DNA of 53,064 bases, from the IMG/VR virus record IMGVR_UViG_3300018036_000012, positions 1 to 53,064 of that record. One strand, 5' to 3'. The position numbers were made by a program, and so were the translations under genes. This DNA comes from a virus. Its lineage: Duplodnaviria > Caudoviricetes. Every line of letters begins with the position of its first letter. The first letter of the stretch is position 1. Under the pieces are notes generated by a model. The model saw nothing but the letters and a program-made list of their open reading frames with translations, had not been told where the DNA came from and ran no database searches. Shown in pieces: positions 1-9,697 of this stretch.

Positions 1-2
1 AT

Positions 3-359
3 TTTATCAACGAGTTTGTAGAACGTTGTAAAGCAGGAGAATATTATATCAAAGGCGATGATACCCGTAGCTTCTGTTATGTAGACGATGCTGTAAAAAT
101 GACCGATATGCTTGTACGCAATCACAGCAATAAAACTGTAAATGTTGGTAGACAAGACGAAGTTAAAATAAGTGTAGTAGCAAAACTAATAATGGGTATA
201 ATGGGTATCAACCCAGATAAATTACAAGTTTTTGGATCACCGATTGGTAGTGCTAGTCGTCGTTGCCCGGACACAACATTAGTGCAGTCTCTTACTGGGT
301 TTAAAGATTATACACCATTGGAAGTAGGGTTAAGAAAAACTGTAGAAAGTTTACTATGA
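3..359 (+). CDS. NAD-dependent nucleotide-sugar epimerase/dehydratase, C-terminal part (truncated by window start)
   Basis: Frame open from base 3; TRSFCYVDD motif and ...RRCPDT...TPLEVGLRKT tail typical of UXS/GalE-type extended SDRs. Confidence 0.85.
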   Translation, partial: FINEFVERCKAGEYYIKGDDTRSFCYVDDAVKMTDMLVRNHSNKTVNVGRQDEVKISVVAKLIMGIMGINPDKLQVFGSPIGSASRRCPDTTLVQSLTGFKDYTPLEVGLRKTVESLL

Positions 360-1147
360 AGATTGGCATAGTAGGAATGGGTGTTGTAGGTAATGCCAAC
401 GCAACGGGGTTTAAACTTCTAGAACATATTGTAGTAGAACATGACATAAAGTTTGATACGAAAATTGAAGATTTAACTGATACAGAAGTTGTATTTTTAT
501 GCTTACCTACACCAGACCTTAACGGGTCATGTGATACCAGTGCGATTGAAACAGTAATACAAGAATTGATTAAAATAGACTATCAAGGTATAGTATGTAT
601 TCGTAGCACAGTTGAGCCTGGATTTACAGAGCAAATGATTAATACCTATTCTAAGCTAACCATATGTTGTGCTCCTGAATTTTTAAGAGAACGTGCAGCA
701 GAAGATGACTTTATTAACAATCATATGCTGTTAGCAATTGGAACAGCTGATCCGTATGTGTTTAATAAGATTGTGGCAGTGCACGGACATCTACCTAAAA
801 ATGTAAAACAATTATCTCCTACGGAAGCAGAGATGCTTAAATATTTTAACAATTCGTATGCTGCATTGCGTATTACATTTGCTAATATATTTTACGAGTT
901 GTGCAAAAAACTTGATTGTAATTATAGCACAGTGAAAGAAACGTATGCATTAACCGGCAAAACTAAAAACATTTATTTAGATGCAAACAATAGTCTTAGG
1001 GGATATGGCGGAATGTGCTTGCCTAAAGATGTAAGTGCTCTTGCTGCAACACTTGATAAATTTGAACTCGAATTTGATTTAATAAACAGTATAGACAGTG
1101 ACAATAGTAAATTTCAAAGAACAATTTTTACTGGAATGCGTGGATGA
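356..1147 (+). CDS. ugd: UDP-glucose/GDP-mannose 6-dehydrogenase family protein (short form)
   Basis: GIVGMGVVG Rossmann motif, CLPTP, RSTVEPG, PEFLRE, catalytic GYGGMCLPKD. Confidence 0.9.
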   Translation: MKIGIVGMGVVGNANATGFKLLEHIVVEHDIKFDTKIEDLTDTEVVFLCLPTPDLNGSCDTSAIETVIQELIKIDYQGIVCIRSTVEPGFTEQMINTYSKLTICCAPEFLRERAAEDDFINNHMLLAIGTADPYVFNKIVAVHGHLPKNVKQLSPTEAEMLKYFNNSYAALRITFANIFYELCKKLDCNYSTVKETYALTGKTKNIYLDANNSLRGYGGMCLPKDVSALAATLDKFELEFDLINSIDSDNSKFQRTIFTGMRG

Positions 1148-1392
1148 TACCCGGGGAAGCACTAATATACGAAAGAGTAGACAGCGTTGTGTATGCCCGT
1201 TACCGTGACAAGCCTGAAATAGCTCGTTGGATCATTGGCGGCGATCCGGGTGCTGTTGCTAGAGCTAACGGTCGATTTATAAGCGACAATGAATTTCAAG
1301 ACATATGTAAATTAAGTTTAACAAATGTTACAATTAAAGAGCTTCTTGACCAGTTAATTGCAGCATACACTTTAGTGAGAGAAGACAAATGA
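1144..1392 (+). CDS. hypothetical phage protein
   Basis: 82-aa ORF with ATGA overlap on the upstream stop. Confidence 0.7.
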   Translation: MIPGEALIYERVDSVVYARYRDKPEIARWIIGGDPGAVARANGRFISDNEFQDICKLSLTNVTIKELLDQLIAAYTLVREDK

Positions 1393-1405
1393 AAGACTAT
1401 CAATT

Positions 1406-2131
1406 ATGAAAACCAATGTGTTCTTAAAAATCGATAGAATGGATATGCATGCGGTGCATTGTCTGCGTTTTTGGTTGGAAACGTTTAAAGATTACCCAAC
1501 GTGGATATTGTGTGACAGAACCGAAGAAGATGGAAGTCGTCCTAAAATATTAGACACTTGTTTTATTGATTATCCGCAAACAAAATTTGTTGCTAGTGAT
1601 AGAAGTTTAGTAAGTTATCTCAAAGAGCTTAAACCCCGTAAGCGCAACATGGCAACCGCCAACTTAACAGGGTTTGAATTAAGCAAAGACAACAGTGACA
1701 ACTTCTGGATGATTGACGCAGACGACACACAGTTTTTAACGCACAGGTGGGATGCACTCAATGATAAAATCCACAATGCTGAAAACTATCTAGTAGAGCA
1801 CAAGTTGGACGGATTTAGTTTAGACTTTTACAGTACACACAATGCAGGCTGGACCTTTGGTGTAGCATTGTTTCGCAGTTCTCTAGACTGGACAGAACTA
1901 ACACAAATCCCAGGAGACGAAATGCGTGACTTTATGTTTCCACGCAACATCGATGCTGCATTTCATTGTATGCGAGAAAGAAAACTGTGGAAGCTGGAAA
2001 GTTTTGTGTTCAGTGGCATGAGTTTTCAACATGTGTACAACAATTATCCAGACATGGTCAACGGAGTTTACTACTGGAACAAAGGCAAACTTTGGGATAT
2101 TCCGTTACCTGAAAGAATTGTTAGCATATGA
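1406..2131 (+). CDS. putative GT-A fold glycosyltransferase
   Basis: FWMIDADD DxD motif after a beta strand; lies in glycan cluster. Confidence 0.55.
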   Translation: MKTNVFLKIDRMDMHAVHCLRFWLETFKDYPTWILCDRTEEDGSRPKILDTCFIDYPQTKFVASDRSLVSYLKELKPRKRNMATANLTGFELSKDNSDNFWMIDADDTQFLTHRWDALNDKIHNAENYLVEHKLDGFSLDFYSTHNAGWTFGVALFRSSLDWTELTQIPGDEMRDFMFPRNIDAAFHCMRERKLWKLESFVFSGMSFQHVYNNYPDMVNGVYYWNKGKLWDIPLPERIVSI

Positions 2132-3654
2132 CGTTGAATGTAATAGTACAAGCAGGGGGCCGCGGAAGTAGACTGCGTCATCACACGTGGAACAAACCCA
2201 AGTGCTTGGTTAGTGTGCACGGAAAGCCTTTGCTGTATCATTTGTTTGACAAATTCCCAAATGCACGTTTTATTATTATCGGTGATTACTTGTATGAACA
2301 ATTGGAAAACTATTTACAAGTTGATAGCCCTGATGTTGAATACAAATTAATTCGTGCAAATGAAACAGGTACTTGTGCCGGCATTGCTCAAGCACTGGAT
2401 GCAGTGCCCAAAGATGAACCAGTGTTGTTAACTTGGAGTGATTTGATCATCAATCATATTGCACCTTTTCCGGATAACGCCGATCGTCCTATTGTGTGCT
2501 TAACTGATGCATTTACTTGTCGTTGGAGTATGCAACCAGATGGGCTTGTAGAGTCACCCAGTGAAACAAACGGCGTGCCAGGTATATTTTATTTCCCTAC
2601 GCAAGAGCATTTTCCAAAACCACCACTTAGCGGTGAGTTTGTTAAGTGGTTTAGTAATAATGTTAGTGACTTTGATACAGTTACAGAACACCATCTCGAA
2701 GAACTCGGTGACTTCGGGGCAATAGAAGCAAACAACAGCAAACTAGGATTTTGTAGATTCTTTAATAATGTTGATGTGCAAGACGATGTTGTTGTAAAAC
2801 AAGCAATCGATTCTGACTATGCACACTTGATAACACAAGAGCATGCGTGGTACAGTGCAATCAATGATTTGGGTTTTAAAAGAATACCAAGCGTAGGAGT
2901 AGACTCGCAATATCTTACAATGTCTAGAGTTAAAGGCCAGCATGTGTGGGAATTGCAGGATCTTACTGCAAGAGAACAGCGCAGTATGCTAGCAGACATT
3001 ATTTACACACTGCAAGACCTGCACAGCAAAGGGCAACAGCCTGCTAACAATGATCAAATAAAACATGTTTACATTGAAAAAACACAAAATAGAGTAAACA
3101 GTGTTAGTAAGATTATACCTGGATTTAATAAAGCAAGTTTCACAGTCAATGGCGTAAAATGTATTAATATATTTCATAGTACACATTCGCACTTGTGGAA
3201 TCAAATCAATAATGCATTACAAACAACATGGTTTACTCCTATACATGGTGATCCAACTTTTTCCAATACAATTATTGATAATAATCTCAAAGCTTGGTTT
3301 ATTGATCCCAGGGGATATTTTGATGAACCTGGTATTTTTGGCGATCCAATATATGATTTTGCCAAAGTTTACTACAGTGCCATTGGGGGATATGATAACT
3401 TTAATCGGCGCAAATTTAAACTACACATCGACGATGACACTTGTGAAATCATCATGCCTGTTGCGCCTACTGCTGAAATTGCAGAAAATGTGTTTGAAGA
3501 ACTATTGCCTGAATATATGTCAAAAATTGAATTGCTACACGGGCTAATTTGGCTAGCACTCAGTGGGTATGCTAAAGACGATATTGACAGTGTAATTGGT
3601 AGTTTCTACTATGGGTTGTACTGGCTAAACAAAGGATTAACAAAAATACAATGA
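2128..3654 (+). CDS. NTP-transferase / APH-choline-kinase-like phosphotransferase fusion
   Basis: N-terminal QAGGRGSRL...KPKCL nucleotidyltransferase signature; C-terminal HGDPTFSN (Brenner motif) and FIDPRG. Confidence 0.85.
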   Translation: MTLNVIVQAGGRGSRLRHHTWNKPKCLVSVHGKPLLYHLFDKFPNARFIIIGDYLYEQLENYLQVDSPDVEYKLIRANETGTCAGIAQALDAVPKDEPVLLTWSDLIINHIAPFPDNADRPIVCLTDAFTCRWSMQPDGLVESPSETNGVPGIFYFPTQEHFPKPPLSGEFVKWFSNNVSDFDTVTEHHLEELGDFGAIEANNSKLGFCRFFNNVDVQDDVVVKQAIDSDYAHLITQEHAWYSAINDLGFKRIPSVGVDSQYLTMSRVKGQHVWELQDLTAREQRSMLADIIYTLQDLHSKGQQPANNDQIKHVYIEKTQNRVNSVSKIIPGFNKASFTVNGVKCINIFHSTHSHLWNQINNALQTTWFTPIHGDPTFSNTIIDNNLKAWFIDPRGYFDEPGIFGDPIYDFAKVYYSAIGGYDNFNRRKFKLHIDDDTCEIIMPVAPTAEIAENVFEELLPEYMSKIELLHGLIWLALSGYAKDDIDSVIGSFYYGLYWLNKGLTKIQ

Positions 3655-4004
3655 TACCATTTGAACTCAGTAACAATCTAAAACACACGTGGTTTTTTGA
3701 CTTAGATGGGACCATATTTAAACACAACGGTTTGTTCGACGATGGGCACGACACATTACTTCCTGGGGTTGTTGAATTGTGGGACATGATTCCAAGAGAT
3801 GATGTTATTATAATTACAACTGCTCGAAGCGATCCATGGAAAGATGCAACCTTACTTTTTCTCAAGGAAAGCGGAATACGATATGACCATATACTGTTTA
3901 ACTTGCCGATGGGGGAACGTATTGTGGTTAACGATGACAAGCCCGAAGGACTGTTAACAGCAATTGCATGGAACGTGAAAAGAAATCAAGGATATCGGGT
4001 ATGA
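3651..4004 (+). CDS. HAD-superfamily phosphatase (capless)
   Basis: FFDLDGTI motif I, TTAR motif II, VNDDKP motif IV. Confidence 0.85.
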   Translation: MIPFELSNNLKHTWFFDLDGTIFKHNGLFDDGHDTLLPGVVELWDMIPRDDVIIITTARSDPWKDATLLFLKESGIRYDHILFNLPMGERIVVNDDKPEGLLTAIAWNVKRNQGYRV

Positions 4005-4756
4005 GAAAAGTTTTAGTCACAGGGGGTTTTGATCCACTTCACAGCGGGCACATAGCATATTTTAAGGCAGCAAGAGAACTTGGCGACAAGCTTGTTGTAG
4101 GAGTTAATAGCGATGAATGGCTCGCACGTAAAAAAGGTCGCCCTTTTATGTCCTTTGAAGAGCGCTGTTCTATTATTAAAGAATTAGCATGTGTAGATGA
4201 AGTTATTGGGTTCAATGACAATGACAACACAGCATGCGGTGCAATTTTTCAATTGCTGTCTACAGCAAGTAGTCAAACAAAAATTGTATTTGCCAACGGC
4301 GGTGACAGAACCAAAGACAACATTCCAGAAATGGTTTATTCGGATGTAGAGTTTGTGTTCGGTGTCGGCGGCGAAGATAAAAAGAATAGCAGTAGTTGGA
4401 TACTCAAGGAGTGGAGTCAACCCACAACACAACGTGCGTGGGGAAGCTACACAGTATTGCACAATGGTCCGGGGTGGGCCGTTAAAGAACTTGCATTTGG
4501 AACTGAAACGCCGCTGAGTGATCAACGACATTTTATACGCAGTGAACATTGGCATGTAGTCGAAGGCGATATACGCATGGACTTGGAATTTGCCAACGGC
4601 GACAAGTCAAGTATAGTATATACATCAGGACAAAGTATTGATATTCCTGCACACACCTGGCACAAAGCAACTAATGTTGGCAATGTTACTGCTAAAGTAA
4701 TCGAAGTTTGGATGGGCACCAAACTCAGTGAAGATGATATTGAAAGAAGAGACTAA
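4001..4756 (+). CDS. cytidylyltransferase (RfaE-II/TagD-like) fused to a cupin (mannose-6-P isomerase-like) domain
   Basis: TGGFDPLHSGH, FANGGDR, KKNSSS; C-terminal RAWGSY...QRH...RSEHW...WH cupin; start moved to ATG 4001 (ATGA overlap). Confidence 0.9.
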   Translation: MRKVLVTGGFDPLHSGHIAYFKAARELGDKLVVGVNSDEWLARKKGRPFMSFEERCSIIKELACVDEVIGFNDNDNTACGAIFQLLSTASSQTKIVFANGGDRTKDNIPEMVYSDVEFVFGVGGEDKKNSSSWILKEWSQPTTQRAWGSYTVLHNGPGWAVKELAFGTETPLSDQRHFIRSEHWHVVEGDIRMDLEFANGDKSSIVYTSGQSIDIPAHTWHKATNVGNVTAKVIEVWMGTKLSEDDIERRD

Positions 4757-6420
4757 TGACAGATATTCTCACAGTTTACATTGGTTGGGACAGCCGCGAA
4801 CCTATTGCTGCCGATGTGTGTCGTTACAGCATACTAAAACATGCAACTATTCCAGTAGACATACAATTTCTAAAACAAGACGATTTACGCATGCGTGGAT
4901 TTTATAGTCGCGAAGTTGATAAACTTGCAAGTACAGAATTTACGTTCACTCGTTTTTTAGTACCAGCACTTAACAATTACGAAGGTACTGCTATCTTCAT
5001 GGATAGTGATATGATACTAGTGGACGATATTGCTAAACTCATCGAGGAAGTTGATCCCAAAAAAGCGGTAACTTGTGTTCAGCATGATTACACTCCCAAA
5101 GAAGGTGTAAAGATGGATGGGCAACAACAAACAGTTTATCCACGTAAAAACTGGAGCAGCATGGTTGTGTGGAATTGCGCACACAAGGGCAATAAAAAAA
5201 TAACTGTTGATGTTGTTAACGACTCAGATATAACAGGTGCATACTTGCACAGGTTTAGTTGGCTCAAAGATAGAGAAATTGGAAAAGTTGCCCCAGAATG
5301 GAATTGGTTAACAGACTGGTATGTAGAACCTCGTGACGGTAGCCCTAAACTTTTGCACTACACTGAAGGAGGCCCATGGTTTGAAAATTATGAAGATTGT
5401 GCGTATGCTGATGTGTGGAATGCATATCATAACGAATACTTGGAAACGTTAAACAATCCCACAATTAGTGTAAGTGATTTGACACTACCAGAAGACATTA
5501 GAAATGATATTAAAGATTTATTAAAACTACGCCGCGACCCTTTTGGTATATTTAACGAAGACAGTATGGACAACATCGTTGAACGTATAACACGATCTCA
5601 TAATAACCCGGGCTGTATGGGCATTGTTGACGCTGGCGTTACTCAATCGAAAGGAGAATCAAAGTTGGATGTAATAGTAGAGAGTTTTTTATTAGGGTCC
5701 AACGGGGTGTTTGGAGCAAGCAAGCACGTAGAATTAACTGATTTGTCAGTACCAGTTGTAGTAAGGGGTATTGCTAAAAAGAAAGTAATACATAGATGTA
5801 TAGAAGAAGAACGAGATTTTTACTACATTGACACTGGCTATTTTGGCAACGGCAAGCATAAAAAATATCATCGAATTACTAAAAATGCGTTACAGTACAG
5901 CGCACCATTGTATCAACAATGCCGTGATGATAGATTTCTCAAAACAGGTGTTACGATTAAAAGGCACACGCAGGGCAGAAATATACTGTTGTGTCCTCCT
6001 AGTCAAAAAGCATTATCTTACTGGAGTGTGGATTTAGCAGAATGGTTAGAAGCAACAATCGATGAAATTAAACAGCACACTGACAGGCCTATTGTAGTCA
6101 GGGAAAAACAAAGCCGACATGCTCGAGTTAATGTGGACACAATGGAAATGGCACTATCTCAAGATGTGCACTGTTTGGTAACTTACAACAGTATTGCTGC
6201 GGTAGAAGCATTGATATTTGGAAAGCCAGTGTTCACAATGGGACCAAATGCAGCGCAGCCATTGGCCAACACAGACTTAAAGAAAATTGCAACTCCTTAC
6301 ATGCCGTCTATTTCTGAAGTTAGAAATCTTTGCTGCAATTTAGCATACAATCAATTTACACCCAAGGAAATGCAAGACGGAACTGCCTGGCACATATTAC
6401 AGGAGAACTACAGCAGATGA
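4756..6420 (+). CDS. bifunctional glycosyltransferase: GT8-like N-domain plus capsule-synthesis (KpsC/KpsS-like GT-B) C-domain
   Basis: YIGWDSRE, STEFTFTRF, FMDSDM, YPRKNWSS, HYTEGGPW; C-terminal YIDTGYF and VTYNSIAAVEALIFGKPVF. Confidence 0.85.
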   Translation: MTDILTVYIGWDSREPIAADVCRYSILKHATIPVDIQFLKQDDLRMRGFYSREVDKLASTEFTFTRFLVPALNNYEGTAIFMDSDMILVDDIAKLIEEVDPKKAVTCVQHDYTPKEGVKMDGQQQTVYPRKNWSSMVVWNCAHKGNKKITVDVVNDSDITGAYLHRFSWLKDREIGKVAPEWNWLTDWYVEPRDGSPKLLHYTEGGPWFENYEDCAYADVWNAYHNEYLETLNNPTISVSDLTLPEDIRNDIKDLLKLRRDPFGIFNEDSMDNIVERITRSHNNPGCMGIVDAGVTQSKGESKLDVIVESFLLGSNGVFGASKHVELTDLSVPVVVRGIAKKKVIHRCIEEERDFYYIDTGYFGNGKHKKYHRITKNALQYSAPLYQQCRDDRFLKTGVTIKRHTQGRNILLCPPSQKALSYWSVDLAEWLEATIDEIKQHTDRPIVVREKQSRHARVNVDTMEMALSQDVHCLVTYNSIAAVEALIFGKPVFTMGPNAAQPLANTDLKKIATPYMPSISEVRNLCCNLAYNQFTPKEMQDGTAWHILQENYSR

Positions 6421-7352
6421 CGTGGGATTATGATGTTGTTGTGTACTTGAGCAGTCTTCCTAAGATTCGCAATCATAATATTAAAGTACAGATCATGCGA
6501 GCATTTGCAGACGGCGCAAGACAATGTGGTGCACGTGTGTTGGTTGATGAAAATTTGCGTGATCGGCAATTACATCGTGCAAAACTAGCAGTAATCATTG
6601 GGTGGGTTGGTATGAGCTATAGTGGTCCGCACATTTATCATAGAGAAGCTATTATTAATCATCAACGGGCAATTGGCGGCAGAGTTATGAGCATTGATGG
6701 AAGTTGCTTTAAGTTTCACAATGAACACGAAAACATGTGGTTGCGTTACAGTCTTGACAGTGTTTTTTACAACGAAGGTGAATATGCTAACAGTAACAGT
6801 AATCACACTCATTGGTATATGGTGCGTGATACGTTAGGACTCGAAATAAAGCCGTGGAAAAATTATGGTGATCATATTTTAATATGCTTGCAGCGTGATA
6901 ACGGCTGGAATGCCAAAGGATTTGACCAAATAGCTTGGCTACAAAAAACATTAAAAATTATACGCAGTCAAGTTAGCACTACTATTAAAATACGTCCGCA
7001 TCCTGGTACTATGGACAAACCATGGGCACAATTAATCGGCCAACATCAACACGTTGAAATTGTTGACAGTACCAAACGTACACTTCAACAAGATGTTAAG
7101 GGCGCAAAGGCCGCAGTATTTTACAACAGCTCGAGCAGTGTGTTAAGCGTATTAGAGGGTGTACCAACATTTGTCAGTGAAGAAAGTGCAGTAACGTGGG
7201 ACGTTGCAAATCATAATATTAGAGATATTTTTAGTCCTCAAATGCCCAACAGAGAACAGTGGTTGAATAATTTATGTCAAGCACATTGGACTATTACACA
7301 AAGCCGAAATGGTGAAATATATCGACACTTTGAACCGCACTTACCAGCCTAG
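6417..7352 (+). CDS. capsule polysaccharide biosynthesis-like (KpsC/KpsS-like) glycosyltransferase
   Basis: ILICLQ, IRPHP, FYNSSSSVLSVLEGVPTF, AHWT..E; start moved to ATG 6417. Confidence 0.75.
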   Translation: MTWDYDVVVYLSSLPKIRNHNIKVQIMRAFADGARQCGARVLVDENLRDRQLHRAKLAVIIGWVGMSYSGPHIYHREAIINHQRAIGGRVMSIDGSCFKFHNEHENMWLRYSLDSVFYNEGEYANSNSNHTHWYMVRDTLGLEIKPWKNYGDHILICLQRDNGWNAKGFDQIAWLQKTLKIIRSQVSTTIKIRPHPGTMDKPWAQLIGQHQHVEIVDSTKRTLQQDVKGAKAAVFYNSSSSVLSVLEGVPTFVSEESAVTWDVANHNIRDIFSPQMPNREQWLNNLCQAHWTITQSRNGEIYRHFEPHLPA

Positions 7353-7991
7353 TATACAGTCGTTTCTCACATTAGCTAGTTGAACCATTCCCCAACTTTT
7401 CAGTAATTCGACACTGCCATATTGTGTTTCTTCGGTTATGCCTGTGTCCTTGTGTAGTTTTTGTTCAACTACAATTACTGGACGATGTTTTTTAATAGTT
7501 TGTTTTGCGCCTTGTAGTATGGATAGTTCATAGCCTTCGCAATCAATTTTAATATAATCAACAGCATCAAATTCTAAACTATCTAACTTGTGCATGTCAA
7601 TGGATCCGTTGCCAATTGTATTGTTGTCAACATGACTGTGGCCGGTATTACCATTGGTAACAACCATATCGATGGTGGTATCTTCTGGTCCCAATGCATA
7701 AGGACGAATGTCTATATTATTGTTAGCAACATTTTTAATTAAACAATCACGAAAGTCGCTCACTGGTTCGAATGCAATAACTTGTGCAAAATGCAGTGCA
7801 AGATCTCTGCTCCACAAGCCAATGTTTGCTCCAATGTCAAGTGCAACACTTTTTTGCTTTACATATCGTAAACTTTTATTGCGTACTGGTTCTTGATACA
7901 CTGGTTCAAAACCTTTGCGTATATTTTTATCCAGCATTTCTACAAAGTGTGTGTCTTGGTCTGGGAACCACCAACCATGTTTTTCATACAT
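7341..7991 (-). CDS. FkbM-family SAM-dependent methyltransferase
   Basis: ALDIGANIG, AFEP, YIKIDCEGYELSILQGA. Confidence 0.92.
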   Translation of the reverse strand: MYEKHGWWFPDQDTHFVEMLDKNIRKGFEPVYQEPVRNKSLRYVKQKSVALDIGANIGLWSRDLALHFAQVIAFEPVSDFRDCLIKNVANNNIDIRPYALGPEDTTIDMVVTNGNTGHSHVDNNTIGNGSIDMHKLDSLEFDAVDYIKIDCEGYELSILQGAKQTIKKHRPVIVVEQKLHKDTGITEETQYGSVELLKSWGMVQLANVRNDCILGW

Positions 7992-8814
7992 TTAAAATCT
8001 TCTTCCAGTACGGGTGGTTGCTGTGCAGCCTAACTTCTTTTGCTTTACTGTGTCCACGTTGCTTGCGATCACCTTTCATGTGATCCAAATACATTCCTAG
8101 CTTGCTGTTAATAAACGGGTGTCCTGCTAGTCCCTTGGTGTCAGGCTCGGGATTGAGATCATAAAAGCTTGCACCTTTGTTATCGCGGTAATGTTTTCTC
8201 TGCACATCAAACAAGTAACTGTCATGCCATTCACGTTCATTAAACATGGTGTCGTTGATGTACATTCCGGCAAAGTCATTAACAAACTCAATGCCCAATG
8301 GGTGTCGACGATTGTACCCCACCCATCCGCATTCGCTGTGGTATCTATCAGTCCGTCCTAGGTGGGTTGCAATAAAATCATCTGGGCTAATGCTGTCTAA
8401 AAATTCAACACTTAATGGGCTATGAGTGTGGCTGTCTGCGTCTAACCAAATAATCCAATCGCTGTCAACAGTGTTTACTGCGTGGTGCACTGCAAACACT
8501 TTGTAACAAAATCTCACACCTTGCCATTTAAAATGTTTGCGTTCACTCCATTCTCCTTGGTTGTGAGGGCCCAATCCACCGTGTGCTTCTGGGTTGTTTT
8601 TGTGTCTTTCAACAAAACTTTTACATTCATTGCTAACACTAAGTAAATCAACACATCGTACATTCTTCTTGGTTATTCTCGGGGTGCAATTTTCTGTGTA
8701 AACAATCATGTCGACGCTGTCGGGCCAATGCTGCTCAAATGAATCAATCATCCGTTGGCCGTATAATTCCAAGCCCTCCTGATGAAATGTGGTAACTACT
8801 GTATAACGTTTCAT
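7984..8814 (-). CDS. GT-A fold glycosyltransferase (nucleotide-diphospho-sugar transferase-like)
   Basis: VVTTF, RFCYKVFA, IWLDAD, EWHDSYLFD, DHMKG; start moved to ATG 8814. Confidence 0.8.
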   Translation of the reverse strand: MKRYTVVTTFHQEGLELYGQRMIDSFEQHWPDSVDMIVYTENCTPRITKKNVRCVDLLSVSNECKSFVERHKNNPEAHGGLGPHNQGEWSERKHFKWQGVRFCYKVFAVHHAVNTVDSDWIIWLDADSHTHSPLSVEFLDSISPDDFIATHLGRTDRYHSECGWVGYNRRHPLGIEFVNDFAGMYINDTMFNEREWHDSYLFDVQRKHYRDNKGASFYDLNPEPDTKGLAGHPFINSKLGMYLDHMKGDRKQRGHSKAKEVRLHSNHPYWKKILNV

Positions 8815-8819
8815 ACGAG

Positions 8820-8827
8820 TATTTATA
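8820..8827 (-). promoter_or_regulatory. T4-type late promoter TATAAATA, 5 nt upstream of the ATG at 8814
   Basis: Exact TATAAATA on the minus strand in a 16-bp divergent gap. Confidence 0.75.
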
Positions 8828-8830
8828 ACC

Positions 8831-9697
8831 ATGATCATTAACATAGCATATTATCCGGAACAGTGTGCACTGAACAGCCCCACCGTGCTGGAAGCATTTC
8901 TTAATAGTTGCAGAGCAGCAGGTATAACGCCAGTTGAAAATAGTTTAGATTGTGATGCTGTTGTAATATGGAGTGTATTGTGGAACGGGCGCATGGCAAA
9001 GAACAAACAAGTATACGATCACTATCGCAGTCAAAATAAACCAGTGATTGTAATTGATGTTGGTGCACTTGATCGTGAAATAACTTGGAAAATAGCAGTT
9101 AACAATATCAATGCCAATGGCTATTACGGACATCAGCAAAATTTAGACTGGGATAGACCTGCTGCCCTGGGGTTAAAATTAGACAAGTTGCCACAGCAAA
9201 ATGATAGTATTTTGATAGCATTACAGCATCGTAAAAGTTTGCAATGGGAAAACATGCCTGATCTTCCAACTTGGACCAGGAAAACTATTGCCGATCTACG
9301 CAAGTATACAGACCGGCCAATAGTAGTTAGGCCGCATCCACGCAGTCCTGCATTTATCCCCCCACATCGATTTATGTTGGAAAACTTTGTTAATTGTACA
9401 ATGGAACAACCTATACGAGTGGACGACACTTATGACAAATACAACATTGACTACGGATATCATGCAGTAGTGAATCATTGTAGCGGCCCTGGTATTAGTG
9501 CAGCAATTGCCGGTGCAACTGTGCTAACTGATTCGAGCAGTCTTGCATATCCAGTTAGTACACATTTAGAAAACATCGAAACCCCTACATCAACAAATAG
9601 AGAACAGTGGTTTGTAGAAATATGCCACACTGAATACACTGTGCCAGAAATAGAACAAGGACTATGGCTAAAAAGATTAAGCGACTCACTGGAGTAA
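8831..9697 (+). CDS. capsule polysaccharide biosynthesis-like (KpsC/KpsS-like) glycosyltransferase
   Basis: ILIALQ, VRPHPR, VNHCSGPGISAAIAG, TEYTVPEI; paralogous to 6417-7352. Confidence 0.75.
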   Translation: MIINIAYYPEQCALNSPTVLEAFLNSCRAAGITPVENSLDCDAVVIWSVLWNGRMAKNKQVYDHYRSQNKPVIVIDVGALDREITWKIAVNNINANGYYGHQQNLDWDRPAALGLKLDKLPQQNDSILIALQHRKSLQWENMPDLPTWTRKTIADLRKYTDRPIVVRPHPRSPAFIPPHRFMLENFVNCTMEQPIRVDDTYDKYNIDYGYHAVVNHCSGPGISAAIAGATVLTDSSSLAYPVSTHLENIETPTSTNREQWFVEICHTEYTVPEIEQGLWLKRLSDSLE

